Assembly: GCF_018350175.1 (NCBI RefSeq)
Contig: NC_058368.1
Coordinates: 50,097,815-50,161,814, forward strand
DNA: 64,000 nt
Source: Felis catus
Taxonomy: Eukaryota
Direction: 5' to 3'
Part shown: positions 1-12,260 of the stretch, piece after piece
Layout of the letters: every line of letters starts with the position of its first letter
Numbering within the stretch: the stretch's first letter is position 1
Notes under the pieces: model-generated
What the model saw: only the letters and a program-made list of their open reading frames with translations
The model's database searches: none
What the model was told of the DNA's origin: nothing
Translations under genes and position numbers: made by a program

Positions 1-339
1 AGATTAGAACTTCTAGTTTGTTCTTTCAAAATTCTGGAATTTCTGCGCACTGAATCTTTCTTAAAATAAGGATGGGTTTATATTTTAAAGTATGATTTAA
101 TTGTTTTAACAAGCTGCCTTCACTGTATTTTGAGTTCCTTTACAGGTTTCTACAATATTTACGCTTTCCAGGATACAGAAGGTAGTCTAGTGGATTTTTA
201 TAATGTAGTAAATCAGTCTCTTCCTTTAATTAAAGGATGTCATGTCTGGCAAAACAGACTTTTGTTTGTTGGATAAGATGAAACTTCTTGTCTTCATTGT
301 ACAGATGGATGGTAATGGCTAATTACACTAGCTAACGTT

Positions 340-520
340 TGTCAGTGTTCCTCCTGAGGCAAGGGTTGAGTGTTTCATATATTTTATCTCATTTAATTCT
401 CAGTCGCCCTATGAGGGAGGGTACCTTGTGTCTCCATGGCACAGATGAGAACATTAACAAAGTTAATCTGGCTTGTCCAGAGTTACAGGTAGAAAATGGC
501 AGGGCAGGGATTCCTGAGCT
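340..520 (-). mobile_element. MIR SINE fragment
   Basis: atctcatttaattctca...cctatgag...acagatgaga...cttgtccagagttacag resembles the reverse-complement MIR core. Confidence 0.6.
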
Positions 521-1244
521 GGCCTCACTGGGAACGGTAGATACCATATTGTATGTTTCTTAAGGAATGTGGCCCAGGTAGTCCTGTAGACCAAACATCC
601 CTGCTATAAATTTACGCTTTCTTTTTGTGGTTTCAAACACTAGGAAAAACTTTTTTGTTTTAGTCCCCTAGGATGGGTCTTAGATGACTTTATATTTACA
701 TGGATATATAATTTGCTAATTAAAAATTTGTACTTTACAATAAACAGATGTTTTGAATTACTGAGGTTGGGGTAGCTAGCATATGTAGTATGAATAATTT
801 CTAATGTTCATGAAAATATCCAGGGAATCTCTTAAACCACTTAAAGATAATTTTTCATTTTTCATTTCAAGTACCGTATTTGCTTTCTTTGTCTCTCTCG
901 CACACATAATCATTATATATTAAGACTCAGTTTTCTTTTATCCAGGAACATAATAAAAAAATTAATGGAACATTTTTAACTTACAGAGTTACCTATTACA
1001 CCCAGAAGAGTGGAGGATTATCTTAAAGGGCATATTACATGGTGAAATACACTAATTTAGATTAAAAAAAATCTAAATATAGATTGGAAGACAAGTTAAT
1101 TTTTTTAGTTTAGGAATATTTGGTGTATGATGCAGTTGGAATACTTTCTTGCTGAGTACTTACAAAATGCTGTAGGTTTTTGGTTGCATGTGGATGGTTC
1201 TGTAATTTTCTAGGAAGTTGTAATTAATACATTAAGTATTCTTT

Positions 1245-1488
1245 TTTATATTAAATTAAAATTTTTTTAAATTTTAGAGACAAAGCATGTGAGTGGGGCA
1301 GGGGTTGGAGGCAGGGAAGGAAGGAGAGACACACACAGAGAGAGACAGAGAGAGAGAGAATGAATCTTAAGAAGGCTCCATGCTCAGTGCAGAGCATCAT
1401 GTGGGGCTTGATCCCATGACCCTGGGATCATGACCTGAGCTGAAATCAAGAGTTGGAAGCTTAACCAACTGAGCCACCCAGGTGCCCC
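1245..1488 (-). mobile_element. Can-SINE (tRNA-derived carnivore SINE)
   Basis: Ends gagccacccaggtgcccc and has a (GA)n tract. 17-bp TSD tacattaagtattcttt (1228-1244 / 1489-1505). Confidence 0.95.
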
Positions 1489-1519
1489 TACATTAAGTAT
1501 TCTTTACAAGTGATCTACT

Positions 1520-1940
1520 TTCATGACATGAGTTTAAATTTCATGTAGTTTTCTGTTTTGTGGTTATATCCTAATTTAAAAAAATTCTTATTGGCCATTT
1601 AGGATGTTTATAATTGTTGCTGTTACACATAATGCTGTGAAACAATCCTGTCATGTCTTTGTGTTCTTGTCCTGCTGTTGTAGTATAAATTCCTGGATCT
1701 GCACTTGGTGTGCCTCAGAGTATGCATATTTAAGACTTCAAATACATATCCCAAGTTGCCTTCTAGAATGGTGGTATGGTTTTATAATACCTTCAGTAAT
1801 GTACAGAGAATGCCAGATTCCCATGTCCTTAATCTATGGACTCTTACTTAAAAATCTTTGTTTATCTTTTATATTCTGTTTTCTTTATAAATACAGTATA
1901 AAATGGAGTCTGGTTTTATATTATCAATATTTAGATTTTG
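1520..1940 (-). mobile_element. Old L1 (L1M) fragment
   Basis: ggccatttaggatgttta...aatgctgtgaaacaatcc...atacct tcagtaatgtacagagaatgcc resembles reverse-strand L1M ORF2 end/3' region. Confidence 0.55.
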
Positions 1941-1956
1941 AAAATATTATAGATAT

Positions 1957-2010
<54 letters not shown>
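1957..2010. repeat. (AC)5(AT)20 compound microsatellite
   Basis: Directly visible. Confidence 0.95.
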
Positions 2011-2011
<1 letters not shown>

Positions 2012-2329
2012 AGAGTACACTAATATCTTGACATGGATGGGTGTGGTCTGAAATCTACATACCATGAATTTTGCCTTTCTGTAGTCTTTGTGGGGAAATA
2101 AACCATTCTGGATAGTTGGGTTTTCTGAATATGTCTGTATATTTTATTATTTCTACTTAATATTCTGAATGTTACTAAGCTTTCTGTATGGTGCAGAGAT
2201 ATTCCTTTGAGGGTTAATTATCAGAGTGTGTTGTCAGAGTGCTAACTTGCAGGTCAGTGCCTGTAAAGAGGTTAAGCTTCATGGCTGTTAGCTACCCTCA
2301 AGTATTTGATTGCACAGCGTCTTGGCCAT

Positions 2330-2490
2330 TATAAGCTAATAAGTAGGTGCTATTTTCCTTGTTTGAGATGAGTAGACGGGTTTAGAAAGGTTATTTAACT
2401 TGCTTAAGGTCACACAGCTCTTAGGTAATGAAAGTGGGATATGAACATACTTTTGTCTGACATGAGCCCTTTCTCTTTCCATTCCATCAT
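2330..2490 (-). mobile_element. MIR SINE fragment
   Basis: gagatgagtagacgggtttagaaaggttatttaacttgcttaaggtcacacagct is the MIR core in reverse orientation. Confidence 0.7.
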
Positions 2491-2959
2491 TTGCTGCCAT
2501 GCCCTCTTGATTGGCCCCATCCAGGACTGTTGAGTGTCTTCACTGCTATCGATGTGTCAGTACGAACAACCTTTCTTTCTTGTAACTTACTGCTTCTAAT
2601 CTGGGTTAATTTGGGAACCTCAGTCACCAGATTGTGTCAGTGGTGGATAATCAAGTATTGGTGGCTCTGAGGGGCTGTCCTATGACTAGACAGAATAGAC
2701 TTTGACATCCGTTTTGGATGTTCTTGGGACTTTTTTATGCCTTTTTGGCTTTGGAGAGGAGTTTTCAGGTAAATGAGATGTTACTGTGTTTTTCCTTGTT
2801 GGGATCAATGCTTATCTTGAGTTTGTTTTGGATCTATTTGGGGGAAATTCAAGAGAGTTTGTGCTACATGGGGTACCTGGGATAATCCATGGGCCACTTA
2901 AGGTTTTCCCCCAAAAGGAATGTATCAATCTGTTTAGATATGTTTTATTGCATTTTTAT

Positions 2960-3095
2960 ACTTTGTGTTTACTTATGTGACTGTGAGGTCTTTAAGGGAA
3001 GAGCTTCTTGTATTTTTTTTTTCTTTAGATCTCGACCCAGTATCCAGGTAAGTGTCTGTAACAGAGACACTCAGCACATGTTTAATTCATGCAGC
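2960..3095 (+). mobile_element. L2 3'-end fragment
   Basis: gactgtgaggtctttaagggaagagc...acactcagcacatgtttaattcatg resembles the L2 3' terminus. Confidence 0.55.
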
Positions 3096-4349
3096 AATGT
3101 AGCCTTCTGTAGATTAATGCTGTGTATAGGAAAGGATCTACTTCTTGTGTTTGAGCGTATTACCTCCTGGCCCAGGCTCCCATCCATATTTATAGAACCA
3201 GCTTATGAGAAACTAACTTTTATTCTAAAAACAACTTGTTTTGCATTTAACGGATAATATGTCTAGCTATAGCAATGTTGGGCATTATGGAAAAGATGCG
3301 GAAGGCATACAGGGGCTCTAGGTGGGCTGAAAACCTAGCAGCGGTGAGTAAGGACAGCAGGAGCCTTATAGCTCACTTAGGGTTTAAGGTTAGGGACTTC
3401 CCGAGTCAGATTTCCAAGATGGCGTTTTCCCCTGCAGTGGCAGGTGGAGTGAGGGCCCTTGCTTTCAGGTGACGGCTGCACCTCTAGGGCTGCTGGCATC
3501 ACTGCCATTGTAGTGTACTCTTCCCGCACCGTTAGCTAGGGAGCCAGTTTTGGGAGTTGTTCTTGGACCAGCTTTTTCCCACCGTGGCCTCCATTTTCTC
3601 TGCTTCTATATCCTCTGTAAGATCCACTTTCCTCCCAACTACTCCACCCTCAAGAGACCAGATCTGTAGACATTTTTCCAGGTGGTTTCGCTAAGGAACA
3701 TTGGTTGTGGTGACTGTAGGTGGCCTGTTCATATGTTATAGCCTTAAGGGAGGAATTGTCTGTTTAAAATATGTACCATCTTCCATGTCTTTCTTTTGTC
3801 TCTCTGTGTTGGGATTTAATAGCCTTCTCCCTACGATGTTTCAGTAAAGAGCTCATGATGCAAGTCAGGACCATTTCGTAAATCTGTTTCAGGAGAGTCA
3901 TGCCCTCTGCTGTTTTGCTTTGCCATGAAACTTGAGGAATTTAAGGATGGGACTGAAATTAGTGATATGCATCTATAGTTGGTATTTCAAACTTATATCT
4001 TAATCTATTTTTATTTATTCTTGGTAAACTAGGTTGCCCATAGGATTTTTACAGAAAACATATTGGAAATTTAGCTTCTAACTTTTGGTGATCAGCCATT
4101 AGATAGTAACATTACAGAAAACTCTCATTATGGTTTTTTTTTTCTTTTTATATTTGCTCATACTAAAATGGTTAATCTCTCTCTTTGTAACTTAAAACTA
4201 CATGTAATTTCCTAAATGGAACGACTTTTGGTGATATATGCAATTCTTTCAAGTAAAACATTAGATGCATATTAATTAATCTTGTGCTGAATTTGACTTG
4301 TGTATTAACCCCGATTGAGAGAACATTAATACCTAACTCTGTCTTTCAG

Positions 4350-4420
4350 GCAGTAACAGAGAAGAATTTTGAGACAAAGGATTTTCGAGCTTCTCTAGAG
4401 AATGGTGTTCTGTTGTGTGA
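4350..4420 (+). CDS. LMO7: LMO7 internal coding exon (CH domain, 71 nt, phase 0->2): AVTEKNFETKDFRASLENGVLLC(D)
   Basis: Acceptor ctaactctgtctttcAG (4348-4349) and donor GA|gtaagt (4421). The translation matches the mammalian LMO7 CH-domain peptide as I recall it. Confidence 0.97.
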
Positions 4421-5334
4421 GTAAGTATTTAAAGCACTGAAAACATTCTTCAAAAGCAAAGGTGTGTATGTGTGTGTTGTGAGTTGTCATCATGGCCACC
4501 TTAGTCACAGATCTGTTTTCTTGGTAACAAGTGAGATTTGATCTCTGCAAATTGATACCCCTACAGTACCAGACAGCAGGAAGGGATTATCAGTCTCTGC
4601 ATCTAAAGATAGCATTAGTGAAATATATATTATTTTAAATTAGTAAACAAGAAAGATTCTGTTATTTCTTGATGGGCCAGTAGGGGTGGGTGGTTGAGGA
4701 GGAAGCTGTATTACATTGCACCAGCTCTCCCTTACTCTGAGTATTCTAACATATGGAATTGCCTGGCTTAGAAGTTAATATAAGTTTTTTCTTTTTTTCA
4801 TCAATAAAGAGTGATGCTTGTAGAACAAATTTAAGCAGTAGCAAATTTTTCTTTTAAGCTTTAAGTGGAGTCATTACATTACTGCAATCACGTTGAGTTA
4901 TGCATGGCCCATTCACATTTAGCTAATATATTGTCGAAAATCGTGTCCCAGATTTTGGTTATCATAAGTAAACTAGGCTTCTGGCATGATTGATGGTATG
5001 AGGCCTACATCATATGTTTGGTATACTGCTTTGTCCTTCTGTGGATCAGAGTGCAGTTAGCCAGGTATGTGACCTTTGGGGGTAAGGGAGAGGTAGGGCT
5101 GTGGGATGTAAAGATGAAGTCTTGGGTGAGGGTGCAGGTTGCAGAAGTGAGCAAATAAATTATAAGAATGTACTTGAGTATGCACCCACGTTTTTGAAAG
5201 GGCTTAAGTACTCCAACCTAGACACTTATCACGTCGGTATTTACGGAATCTGTCCCAAAGCAAACACTGGGAGTATATGCACTTGTATTTAGATGACTTA
5301 GATTATCCTTTTAAAGGAAGGTTGTCTGCAGCAA

Positions 5335-5480
5335 ATATCAGGAGTCAAAGGGCTTAGGTTTGATTTCTTGCCCCATTACTTTTGGACATTTGAGCAATTG
5401 ATTTAACATCTGAGCCTTATTTTCTCATCCATGAAGTGGAAATCAGCATATCTGATCTGCCTAACTCACAGGGTTGCAAA
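5335..5480 (+). mobile_element. MIR SINE fragment
   Basis: ggagtcaaagggcttaggtttgattt...tttaacatctgagccttattttctcatccatgaagtgg. Confidence 0.65.
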
Positions 5481-6132
5481 GTTCCATAATATATATATAT
5501 TAAGGTTTTTATAAACTATCAAACTTTGCATAAATATAAGTTCTTGCTAGGAAGATGGCCATGTATATGACAGCCTATATCTCATCAGCTCTTTTGATAG
5601 ATGTTCACACTTTTTTTTTTTGTCTTAGAGCAATGTTGTTAAGTTGAACCAGCTGAAGTTATTGATATTCAAGCATTTGTGACTTATAGAAATGTCAATT
5701 TCATGTGTTTCTACCTGATATACAGTAGAACAGGCATATGAAGAAGGGCCAAATAAAGTTTAAGGGGTGTTAGTTGTCCTCTTCTGATGTCACATTTAGA
5801 AGTGCCATTGCCAAATAATGTTTAAACTAATTCTTGTAAACCATGTGGTCACTCTAATTGGCCAATGTTAGGAAATTATATTAATTTGAAAACTGTAAAA
5901 TTTAAATGTGTTCTAAATCATTCAGAAAATGGAGGGGGGAAATGATGGTTAGATGTATGTGATCTTAAAGCTACTCAAGCTAGGAGTATGGACTATCTAG
6001 AGGTTTGCAGTGAAATAACTTTGTCCGTTGTAAGCTCCACAAGTCAGGATAAACATTAGGTAGGAAGTGTGCCTATGAAGTACTGAATGGTTTGTAGAGA
6101 TGTGAGAGCATTTAGCCCAAACAAATGATCTT

Positions 6133-6356
6133 AAAAAAAAAAATTGTTTTTAATGTTTATTTATTTTTGAGAGAGAGAGAAAGAGAGCGGAGTGAGCAGG
6201 GAGGGGCAGGGAGAGAGGGAGACACAGAATCCAAAGCAGGCTCCAGGCTCCAAGCTATCAGCACAGACCCCAGTGTGGGGCTAGAACTCATGAACCATGA
6301 GACCAAGGCCTGAGCTGAAGTTGGATGCTCAACTGACTAAGCCACCCAGGCGCTCT
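6133..6356 (-). mobile_element. Can-SINE
   Basis: gagacacagaatccaaagcaggctccaggctc...gccacccaggcg. Short TSD tgatctt. Confidence 0.95.
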
Positions 6357-9199
6357 GGTGATCTTTTCAAAGAAGTCACTTTGTGGGTTTATACTACCAG
6401 TGATGAGCTATTACTTAAATCCTTTTTAGGGTTCCTCCTTTTGGGGCATTGCCTGCATAACAAGGTCATTAAACATGCTGGAGAGACTCTTAGAGTTTTT
6501 AATTTAAAATGCAGTTTATGCACCAACTGGTCCCTGAATGATTTGAGGTGATTTCTAAAAACTATACCCAATCTGAGAGGATGAGCATATTGTTACCACT
6601 GAGGATATGCAGAGTTGATGAAAAACTGTTTGGACCACAAGCAGTATTATTAGATTAAACACAGCAAGCATTTGGATGCATGTTTAGAGATCTATTGGCT
6701 TTAAAAAAGTCACTTTAATTCACAACTTCCAAAAGTCATGCTCAGATTGTTTCCTAGCTGGAATAACACCCGTTGGGGGTTTTGTGCATTACCAGAGAAG
6801 TCTAATCAATGTGTTTGGTGCCCAGTATTCTTCAAATGAATGTTTTCCAAAAGTAGCGTAAGTAAATATTAAGCTGTGGTAATCAGCAATTGTAGTTTAT
6901 TGAGGGACATCAAAGTATTGCATGTTTGTGTTAAAAAAAAATCTTTCTCTTAATTGTGAGTCACATTGTTTACAGCCACTGGTCAATGAAGCATTTAATC
7001 TAAAAGGTGTAATCCTGGGGGGGGGGGGGGAAGCCTAGGTAACTATATTCTGTATAAATCCGTAAATAAGAAAAGCCTAGCTGGTTGGTCTGTGAAATGA
7101 TTAAGCAGGGATCACTGTTTGATCACCTCCACCTGAGTTATAATGCCTATGAGGAAAGCAAAATCCGCTGTTCAGAGTCTAGTATTAGAAGTCCTGACTC
7201 TTAAATTAATGGTAAATATAGTAAGCTTTGAGAATATTTTACCCATAAGAGATTTCAAGTGTTAGATGAAATATGATTAGGATATTTTAAAATTCTAATT
7301 CATTTTCTTACAGAAGAAGGCTGACTTCTGCTTGGTTCGCTGCCAGAAAAATGGATTCATGTGAAATACAGGATCTGCTTGTTGCCTATTAAAAATCTCC
7401 AGGCATCCTAGTTCGTTATCATTAGAGTTTTGTTATTACTTCATCTAATTTCAGCAGTCTTTTATTCATTAGTTGCAGTTTATCCTTTTTGAGCTGGATT
7501 GTGAAATATCAAAGTCAAGAGTTAGAGGAAGTGAGCTTATTTATAGCTTCCACCCAACTGGCAGTGTTCTGACATTTCAGATAGTCTAAATTGGGCATAA
7601 ACTCTGTGCTGAGGCTTCAGACGAGATAGACACCTGAGTAATGAGGATAATGTGCCCCTAAATCTGATGGACTATTGAAGTTAGTATCGCCTGTTAATCA
7701 TTTTAGTATCATTTAGTGTTTACTGACTGTGAGATCTAATTGAGCTGAGGGCTAAAGAATACTGTCCTGGTTAAAGCCTGTTGTAGTAATTCTTTTACTG
7801 TATACCCTACACATGTAATCTCTCTTGGCTTTACTAAACAGTGAGATGGAAACAAAATCTAATTTGGGAATTTTTCCAATTAGTAAAAGGATTGACAAGA
7901 GTCTGTAAAGTGGCTTCAACTCCTTGTTATTTATTGACGGTATTCATTAGGGGAATAATTAGTCCCCTAACTTCAGTGTTTATTAGTGTTCATGAGGACT
8001 ACCTTACTGTATATTTTTAAAAATATGAGATTTGCCACCTACATAAATATCCATAGCCTCTCTTGCTCTGTGGTTCTAGCAGAATTATTTCTCTTCTCTA
8101 AACATATTTGGTAGAGGCATATATAGCTAGTGATATGAGTTAGTAATTTCACAGTTACTCATCTTATGATAGCAATCTTGGAAATACTAAAACGAAAACA
8201 TTCTTTATTCTCTTTATGAAGTAAGATCATTTGAAGATAATTTTATTGGGTGTGTCTCTGGTTAGTCAGTTTTATTTCCCATCCCTGGAATATTGCCAGT
8301 CTTTGCTCTATCTCAAATCAGGCATGCCCCAGAAGTTTATATCTCTTTGAACTTGGCTCAAATGATTGAGAAAACTCTTCTCACATTGTTACCAGGCCTT
8401 CTTTCCATGGCTTGCAGTTTGGAAAGAGTGAATCAAGATGTTCACCCGTTTGGTTTGAGACATCTTGTTTCTATTTATGTCTGTCATGTGACCACTACAC
8501 TGTCTACCTAAAAGTAACATGATGTTTTGTTAAAGATGCATTCAATAGAAGGAGAAGGTTTATTAAAAAAAATGCTATTAATTTTCTATGGGATACTCAG
8601 TTGATTGTTCTAAGACATAGGACAAGGTAAAGAACTTTGTCACTTCTCATTCGCACAAGAGAGCACTGTCTTTTGTGAGGGTTGGAGACCCTAACACATT
8701 GAATGACAGTGACATCAGTGGGCCTTTGGGCTTCTATGCAGTGTTCCATGTGAAGCCCAGAGGCCCTTCTTTAATAATAAAGACTTTTTCTTAGAGTTCT
8801 TTCTGGTTTTGAATTTTCTGAAGAGGACACTTGCTTCCATAGAGCTCTCTAGCATGCCAACACTATCCATTGATTCTCATACATATTATAGCCATTTATA
8901 ATTTAAGTAATAAAACAATTTTTCTTCATTTCACTTTTTTGAAGTTTCTATATTGTTTGATAATCCAGCAGTAGGTAAAGATGCAAATATTCAAGTTCAT
9001 AAAGACAATTTAAAAATTTTAAACTGCTTTATCTTCATGGCAGTAATTAATGATTGCCAATCTGTATGTTCTCTTTTTAAGATTCACAATCCATTTTTTT
9101 TGTAATTCGTTATCTATATATAACAAAACATTATTTTAAGAAAATAGTTTGTTAAGTTGAAGGCTAGCTTATTAAACATCAATTTAAAAATGCACTTCT

Positions 9200-9424
9200 G
9201 GGGCGCCTGGGTGGTTCAGTTGGTTGAGCGTCTGACTTCGGCTTGGGTCATGATCTCGTGGTTTGTGGGTTCAAGCCCCGCCTTGGGTTCTGTGCTGATA
9301 GCTTGGAGCCTGGAGCCTGCTTCAGATTCTGTGTCTCCCTCTCTCTCTGCTCCTGCCCCACTCACGCTCTGTCTCTCTGTCTCTCTGTCTCTCTCTCAAA
9401 AAAAAATTAAAAAATTAAAAAAAA
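9200..9424 (+). mobile_element. Can-SINE (felid type)
   Basis: ggggcgcctgggtggttcag head, (CT)n and A tail. TSD aaaat[g/t]cacttctg. Confidence 0.95.
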
Positions 9425-10183
9425 TTCACTTCTGTTATAGTAGTCATATTATATGGACTCACTGCAAATTTTGCAGATGGTTTTTTGTATTGTGGCCTCA
9501 GACTTGAAGTTAGAAAGCTTCAGTCCTGTTTCATGAACCAGCATGCATCATCTACAGGATTTTTCCACCATAAACATAATTACTGAGAGGAGAACATACG
9601 ACATTTCAGTGGTAAGACCTCTGGAAAGAAATGAGAATGATGGTTTACTAAAAATAAAAGGAAGTAGTATGTATGCTTAGATGTATGAGATGTAAGCAAT
9701 TTTATTAAAGTTGATCAGTAAGAAGTTATTCCTGAAGTCAGTTTTATTGTAATAAAGGTACTTAGGTAGGCACATGGAAAGCAGTGTGTTGGCCATTAAA
9801 TATCCAAAGTACAATAATTCTAGTCAGTGTATTGAGAAGTAAATTAAATAATGGATATTGTAAAAAGAACAAATATATAATGGTGTCACATTAATTAAAA
9901 GTAGAACATTTTCCTTATATGAGAGAATCTCTAGAATTTTTATATACTGACAGTCATCGGTCAGAAAATTAGGTGAGATCTAAGGTGACAAAAGCAATAG
10001 TGACAAAGTTTAGAACACTGTTTACTGTAGAGAAATGTGTGAGACTTTCATCTTGGATGTTGAAAATGTAATGGTAAACTCTAAGATTTAAGAAATGAAA
10101 TGATAATTATATTTCTACATAGGGTAATAGATGTCAGTTAATTTATAATTTTAGTCCAATATTCATATTAAATCTAGCCAGGA

Positions 10184-10381
10184 TTTTTTTTTAAATTTTT
10201 TAAAGTTTATCTTTGAGAGAGAGTGTGAGTAGGGGAGGGGCAGAGAGAGGGGGAACAAAGGATCCAAAGTGGGCTGTATGCTGACAGCAGGGAGCCCTAC
10301 ACAGGGCTCAAACTTACAAACTGTGAGATTATGACCTGAGCCGAAGTCTGATGCTCAACCAACTGAGCCACCCAACGGCCC
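10184..10381 (-). mobile_element. Can-SINE
   Basis: gacctgagccgaagtctgatgctcaaccaactgagccaccc. Degenerate TSD ctag[c/t]cagg. Confidence 0.93.
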
Positions 10382-10560
10382 TAGTCAGGCATTTCTTAAT
10401 GAGTATTATTTTAACATTCACATGGAAGAATAAACAGGTGAGAATAGAAAAAATTCTAAAAGTAAAAGTTTCTGCGAAATGAGGTTGTCCCAACATAGGA
10501 ACATGTGACAAATGTGCAAGGTAATTAAAAATTATGGGTTGCTTTATAAATGTACATACT

Positions 10561-10777
10561 GGGGCGCCTGGGTGGCTCAGTCGGGTAAGTGTCCAACTTT
10601 GGCTCAGGTCATGGTCTCACAGTTCGTGGGTTCGAGCCCCACATCAGGCTCATTGCTGTCAGCCTGTCAGTGCAGAGCCTGGAGCCTGCTTCAGATTCTG
10701 TGTCTCCCTCTCTCTCTGCCCCTCTCCTGCTCACTCCATCTCTGTCTCTCAAAAATGAATAAATGTTAAAAAAAATA
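10561..10777 (+). mobile_element. Can-SINE (felid type)
   Basis: ggggcgcctgggtggctcagtcgg head. 14-bp TSD tataaatgtacata (10545-10558 / 10778-10791). Confidence 0.95.
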
Positions 10778-10879
10778 TATAAATGTACATATTAATATAG
10801 GGGCAGGGTGCAAAATACATTCTTACCCATAGATATTTGTGATAAAGGAGATATGAAAACATGGAGAACAGATGAATCA

Positions 10880-11282
10880 CTCAATTCATTGTATTGGGAT
10901 AAATAATTGGTTAAGAATGAATTTATTAACCCACCGAATATCCTAGATTAAGATAATAAAAAGGTGAAAAAATAAAATTTTAGAGTTAAAATCTTTGGAG
11001 GCAGTTTAAAATTCTAACCTGTGAAGGAATGAGGAAATAAGAACAAAAAATAGATTTAAAACTATATGTAAATAGTTATTCTGACAAATAACATTCTGAG
11101 AAAAATGTATGAAGCAAAATGACTTAATCATTAATCAAATAAATTGGTGAGATATACATTTGAAAACCTTAATAGACAAATAAGCAAAGGATGTGACTAA
11201 ATACTTTACAAATGAAGAAATACTACTGGAAATAAACAGTAAAATCTCTGCCTTCATTACTAAATAATTGTGCTAAAAGAAG

Positions 11283-11330
<48 letters not shown>

Positions 11331-12260
11331 ACAGATTATTCATTTATTTTGAGAGAGAGCACAGGTTGGGGAAGGGCAGAGAGGGAGAGAGAAAGAATCC
11401 CATGCACTGTCAGTGCTGAGCCTGACACAGGGCTTAAACTCCCAAACCATGAGATCATGACCTGAGCTGAAGTCTGATGCTTAACTGACTGAGCCACCTA
11501 GGTGCCCCACAAGATACTATTTTCTAATCGAAGCCAGTAAATAATTTGAAATCTTACAAAATGTTGGCATATTATGGTGAAATGGTATATACTCAAAATG
11601 CCCAATTGAATATAAACTGGTACAGTTCTAAAAAACAATGTGGCAATATCTATCAAAGTAATTATGTGCTAGTTTTTAAATTAATATGAACATGTATTTA
11701 CTTACCATACAAATTATAGGACTTTTCTTAATAATCCTTGCTTTTGGGAATCGTAAAGAAAAAGACTGCAAGATGGGGAAAATACATATAAAGCTTCTTC
11801 ATAGTGGAAAATATCAAAAACAACTTAAATATCTATAATGTGATAGATAAAGTTGGGGAAATGTTGTGCATGCCTTAAGAGTGTGGTTGTGAAGGATGCA
11901 GCTCTGTGGAAGATCACGTAGCAGGGAGCTGAACTCAGCGCAGAGGAAGGTGCTGCTGTATCCCGCCGTGAGGTGAGCACAGGAACACTGCCTTCTGGTG
12001 CAAAAGTAAATTGATTCACATTGTCAAATTCCTTTCCAGACATGTATCAAAAGCGTTGATGAGTTTATTTTTAGAAACAGAACATAAGAAACGGTAAGGC
12101 GCACAGGCGAAGGTATGCACACAGACCTGCACTGGAAGAATTTTCACGATGGCGAATATTGGAGCGAACCCAAGTCCCTCCCACAAGAGAAGAGCGAATC
12201 ACTGTCATTTACATGAAGGGGTGGAGAGGACTTTAGAGATGTTACTTAATGGTAAACGCA
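10880..12260 (+). mobile_element. Degraded old L1 (L1ME-like) ORF2/3' fragments, interrupted by a SINE
   Basis: A-rich strand with L1-like tracts: gacaaataagcaaaggatgtgact...tttacaaatgaagaaata and tataaactggtacag...aacaatgtggcaatatctatcaaa. Confidence 0.5.
11288..11508 (-). mobile_element. Can-SINE whose tail contains a (TG)20 microsatellite
   Basis: SINE head ends ggtgcccc at 11508. TSD aagatact (11280-11287 / 11511-11518) encloses (TG)20 at 11287-11326. Confidence 0.93.

Noticed and set aside
3377..3395. ttagggtttaaggttaggg as an interstitial telomeric repeat
   Set aside because: Only two perfect TTAGGG units, which is compatible with chance.
7017..7030. G14 homopolymer (also a C-run near 38443-38454)
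   Set aside because: Simple mononucleotide runs with no further supporting structure; their length may also be sequencing-sensitive.
9200..9280. tRNA-like A/B boxes in SINE heads as tRNA genes
   Set aside because: They are the tRNA-derived heads of Can-SINEs, each followed by (CT)n and A tails with TSDs.
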